From NCBI GenBank assembly GCA_015488545.1, contig WFNN01000036.1, positions 1-18,297 on the forward strand: DNA of 18,297 nucleotides. The letters are read 5' to 3'. Positions within the stretch are counted from its first letter, which is position 1. Every line of letters begins with the position of its first letter. Both the position numbers and the translations under genes were made by a program. This DNA is from Thermaceae bacterium (GTDB lineage Bacteria; Deinococcota; Deinococci; Deinococcales; Marinithermaceae). Below the pieces are notes generated by a model. The model worked only from the letters and a program-made list of their open reading frames with translations, was not told the DNA's origin and did not search any database. Shown here one piece after another: positions 16,662 to 18,297 of this stretch.

Positions 16662-16739
16662 TTACCCACGGGCTCAGAGGCCCTTATACCCCACCGGCAG
16701 GGCCTACGGCGCCAATCTACCCCACGAGCTCAGAGGCTC
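16662..16739 (+). repeat. Twin direct repeats R1 (16662-16683) and R2 (16717-16739), each a 4-bp stem closing a TCAGAG loop
   Basis: R1 is TTACCCACGGGCTCAGAGGCCC and R2 is CTACCCCACGAGCTCAGAGGCTC. Stems are GGGC/GCCC versus GAGC/GCTC, and the two differences inside the stems are complementary (G:C becomes A:T). Confidence 0.7.
16678..16705 (+). other. Perfect 7-bp stem (AGGCCCT / AGGGCCT) with a 14-nt loop TATACCCCACCGGC
   Basis: Read directly. Loop positions 16686-16694 (ATACCCCAC) are identical to 15692-15700, which lie 1 nt before the yhhQ stop codon on the left flank of the recombinase gene. The 5' arm overlaps the 3' arm of the R1 hairpin, so the two folds are alternatives. Confidence 0.45.
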
Positions 16740-16779
16740 AGACTGTAGGACGGCGTCCTAGCCCACGGCCAAGAACAGG

Positions 16780-17022
16780 CTACCACCGAGGGCGCTGGTA
16801 GGGACATCCAGCCTTTTCGCACCGCCTACGGCCCTCGCGTAAAGCGGCAATCTCAAGGCCGGACAGCAGTTCGCCGCAAACAGGGCATCGGGTCCTCGTG
16901 TACGTAAAGCTCTTTCGCGAAATGCGTTTTGGACCCGCGCCAGACAAGAACGCCGATCCCAGCTTCCATAACCACCAGAGCAAAGCCGCCGACACCAGAA
17001 CGGCCAGGAGATCGCCGAACAT
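16780..17022 (-). CDS. Small membrane protein with C-terminal zinc-ribbon (80 aa), downstream of the Zot-like gene
   Basis: ATG 4 nt after the Zot-like stop. One N-terminal hydrophobic helix (LLAVLVSAALLWWLWKLGSAFL), then CPVCG...(x19)...CEKAGCP. No family recognised. Confidence 0.45.
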   Translation of the reverse strand: MFGDLLAVLVSAALLWWLWKLGSAFLSGAGPKRISRKSFTYTRTRCPVCGELLSGLEIAALREGRRRCEKAGCPYQRPRW

Positions 17023-17026
17023 GCGA

Positions 17027-17899
17027 TCAGGCTACCGCAGGCTCGCGCTGGGGACGGGCCTCGGTGAACTTCCGACGCAGAAGCTCATGGGGAGGGATAC
17101 CGTGGCGGTAGGCGTGAGCAAGCTCGGCAATGCTAAGGGCCGGGAGTCCATCGGCAGGCCCCGGCCCAGGTTTCCGGCGATCAAGCTTGGACTCATCCCA
17201 GGCCAAACCGAGGGCCTCGACCGCTGCCCGGCGCTTGGGATCGAGCTCTTTTTGCAACTCGATGATCGGCGGCGGGAAGATGGCCCGGGTGTCGTAGCAG
17301 GCAGCGGCCAGCGGGTCAAGGACCACCACGTCATTACGGGCGATCCCCTCGAAGACGGTGCTGGTTCGCTTGTTCATCACACCCAACGAGTCGTCCATAA
17401 TGTGGGTGTAGCGGATTACCGGACGGCGCCAGCGGTGCTTAGGCCAGAGCAGGAGCTTGAGCCAGAAGGGCGCGGGCCGGGCCCACCAGACATGCGCCAC
17501 CAGGTCGCGAATCATGGTGTCAACCGAGGCATACCGCTGGGTCGCTAGGAGTACGTCCACCCCCACCTTGCGATGCTGGGACCAGAAGCCCAGGACCTCG
17601 GTGGGAAAGAGGCGGTACTCCCGGGCGTTAAACCACATGTGAGCTTCGTCGAACAGCAAGAGGCCTTCATAGACACTGAGCAGACCTTTATAGTCACGGA
17701 TCTCCTCAATACTATCGGCGCGAAGGACGGCTTCGCGGTGGGGCATGCGGTGACGGCGGCGTAGATAGTGGTAGACGTTCTCGCGGATGAAACCGAAGTT
17801 TGCATAGACGCGTTTACCTCGAGCCAGGGCTTCGAGCCCTCGCTTTACCAGCATGTAGCTTTTGCCCGAGCCTGGGACGCCAACGTAAGCTTCGATCAC
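17027..17899 (-). CDS. Zot/pI-like P-loop ATPase (inovirus assembly protein family), about 290 aa
   Basis: The GTG at 17899 is preceded by GGGGG and lies 2 nt after the upstream gene stop. Walker A is at the extreme N-terminus (IEAYVGVPGSGKSYMLV). Walker B LLLFDEAHMWF and the Zot-family block HRKVGVDVLLATQRYASVDTMIRDLV are present. The ORF-track N-terminal extension to 18052 overlaps the upstream gene and is rejected. Confidence 0.8.
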   Translation of the reverse strand: MIEAYVGVPGSGKSYMLVKRGLEALARGKRVYANFGFIRENVYHYLRRRHRMPHREAVLRADSIEEIRDYKGLLSVYEGLLLFDEAHMWFNAREYRLFPTEVLGFWSQHRKVGVDVLLATQRYASVDTMIRDLVAHVWWARPAPFWLKLLLWPKHRWRRPVIRYTHIMDDSLGVMNKRTSTVFEGIARNDVVVLDPLAAACYDTRAIFPPPIIELQKELDPKRRAAVEALGLAWDESKLDRRKPGPGPADGLPALSIAELAHAYRHGIPPHELLRRKFTEARPQREPAVA

Positions 17900-17901
17900 G
17901 A

Positions 17902-18297
17902 CTAACCCCCGCCGCGAAGGAACTTGATGCCCTTGTAGAGGAAGATCGCGCCGTAGACCACGGCCCAAACCGAAGCAGCGGTCAGAACTTCGGAGACCGG
18001 GAAGAAAACATTCAGCAATCCCAGGTAGGTGCCGAGGGAATCCGCGTACCACTGGGGCGGCTGAGGAACCGGGGGAAGCAGCTGGGCCAGGGTGGTGAGC
18101 AGGATGAAAAAGAGGTCCACGAACAGGTTAAGGACCATCACCAGAAGATCCAGGAACCAGCCCAGCACTGCCCCCACCAAGGAGCCCACCGCCTGCCAGA
18201 GGGCACCGAAGAGGCTCGCGAACCAGCCCAGGACATGCCCGGCAGCCTGGGCGATCACATCGGCGATCATCTGCAGAAACGACGCGAGGGCACTCAC
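17902..18297 (-). CDS. Multi-pass small membrane protein, probably 5'-truncated by the window edge (inovirus minor-coat/pVI-like position)
   Basis: Gly/Ala/Leu-rich transmembrane segments (..GHVLGWFASLFGALWQAVGSLVGAVLGWFLDLLVMVLNLFV.., ..AASVWAVVYGAIFLYKGI..). Sits directly upstream of and coupled to the Zot-like gene. The ORF is open to the last base of the window. Confidence 0.55.
   Translation of the reverse strand: MSALASFLQMIADVIAQAAGHVLGWFASLFGALWQAVGSLVGAVLGWFLDLLVMVLNLFVDLFFILLTTLAQLLPPVPQPPQWYADSLGTYLGLLNVFFPVSEVLTAASVWAVVYGAIFLYKGIKFLRGGG

Larger units (their letters stand above)
15705..16779 (+). mobile_element. IS110/IS1111-type element or recombinase module; ends approximate
   Basis: The recombinase gene starts only 36 nt after the yhhQ stop and is followed by a 124-bp structured non-coding tail. 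This is the short-left-end, long-right-end layout of IS1111-type members. The family lacks classical terminal inverted repeats, so exact ends cannot be read from one copy. Confidence 0.4.
16780..18297 (-). mobile_element. Filamentous-phage (inovirus-like) prophage fragment, continuing beyond the window
   Basis: Tightly packed co-oriented small membrane-protein genes around a Zot/pI-type ATPase, the hallmark gene used to recognise inoviruses. Adjacent to a recombinase gene. Confidence 0.5.

Noticed and set aside
16678-16705. Possible tRNA or tRNA fragment (an att site) in the recombinase tail
   Set aside because: The stem is 7 bp with a 14-nt loop. There is no acceptor, D or T-arm geometry and no GTTCGAAT-type T-loop, so it is not a tRNA.
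16898-17548. 216-aa plus-strand ORF
   Set aside because: It is antisense to the Zot-like gene and the small zinc-ribbon gene, which form a coupled minus-strand series.
17900-18052. N-terminal extension of the Zot-like ORF
   Set aside because: It overlaps the upstream membrane-protein gene. The Walker A of Zot/pI proteins lies at the extreme N-terminus, and the GTG at 17899 has a GGGGG ribosome-binding site.
1-18297. CRISPR arrays, rRNA and tRNA genes
   Set aside because: No regularly spaced 25-40-bp repeats and no rRNA- or tRNA-like segments were seen on either strand.

Overview
18.3-kb window from a high-G+C, GC3-biased bacterial replicon. Reverse gyrase, frequent GTG starts and GGAGG/AAGGTG-type ribosome-binding sites suggest a Thermus-like thermophile, but the taxon cannot be established without a search. 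Left to right: (1) a VapBC-type toxin-antitoxin pair, with the AbrB/SpoVT antitoxin frame broken and the PIN toxin intact, preceded by phased GTAAAG repeats; (2) a PF09818-type ABC-class ATPase; (3) a visibly lower-G+C islet carrying a class II (auto-inhibited) Fic protein behind two palindromic operator-like sites; (4) a minus-strand phosphate operon (hypothetical, DUF47/PhoU-like, PiT); (5) a full-length (about 3.35 kb) reverse gyrase gene broken by three +1 frame changes (a G7 run, a CGGT tandem duplication, one unresolved); (6) a 978-aa PAS/GAF/HD-GYP sensor; (7) glpK-glpD; (8) a YhhQ/VUT-family transporter. The accessory right end holds an IS110-family DEDD recombinase gene with a 124-bp structured non-coding tail. 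It is convergent with a filamentous-phage (inovirus-like) module (Zot/pI ATPase plus small membrane proteins) that runs off the window. Most interesting: the recombinase tail has twin hairpin repeats with a compensatory base-pair change, and a stem-loop that displays a 9-nt copy of the host flank. That makes it a candidate bridge/seek-type guide RNA, and the recombinase may be the integrase of the inovirus-like element rather than a plain IS. All functional calls rest on motif recognition by eye; no searches were run.
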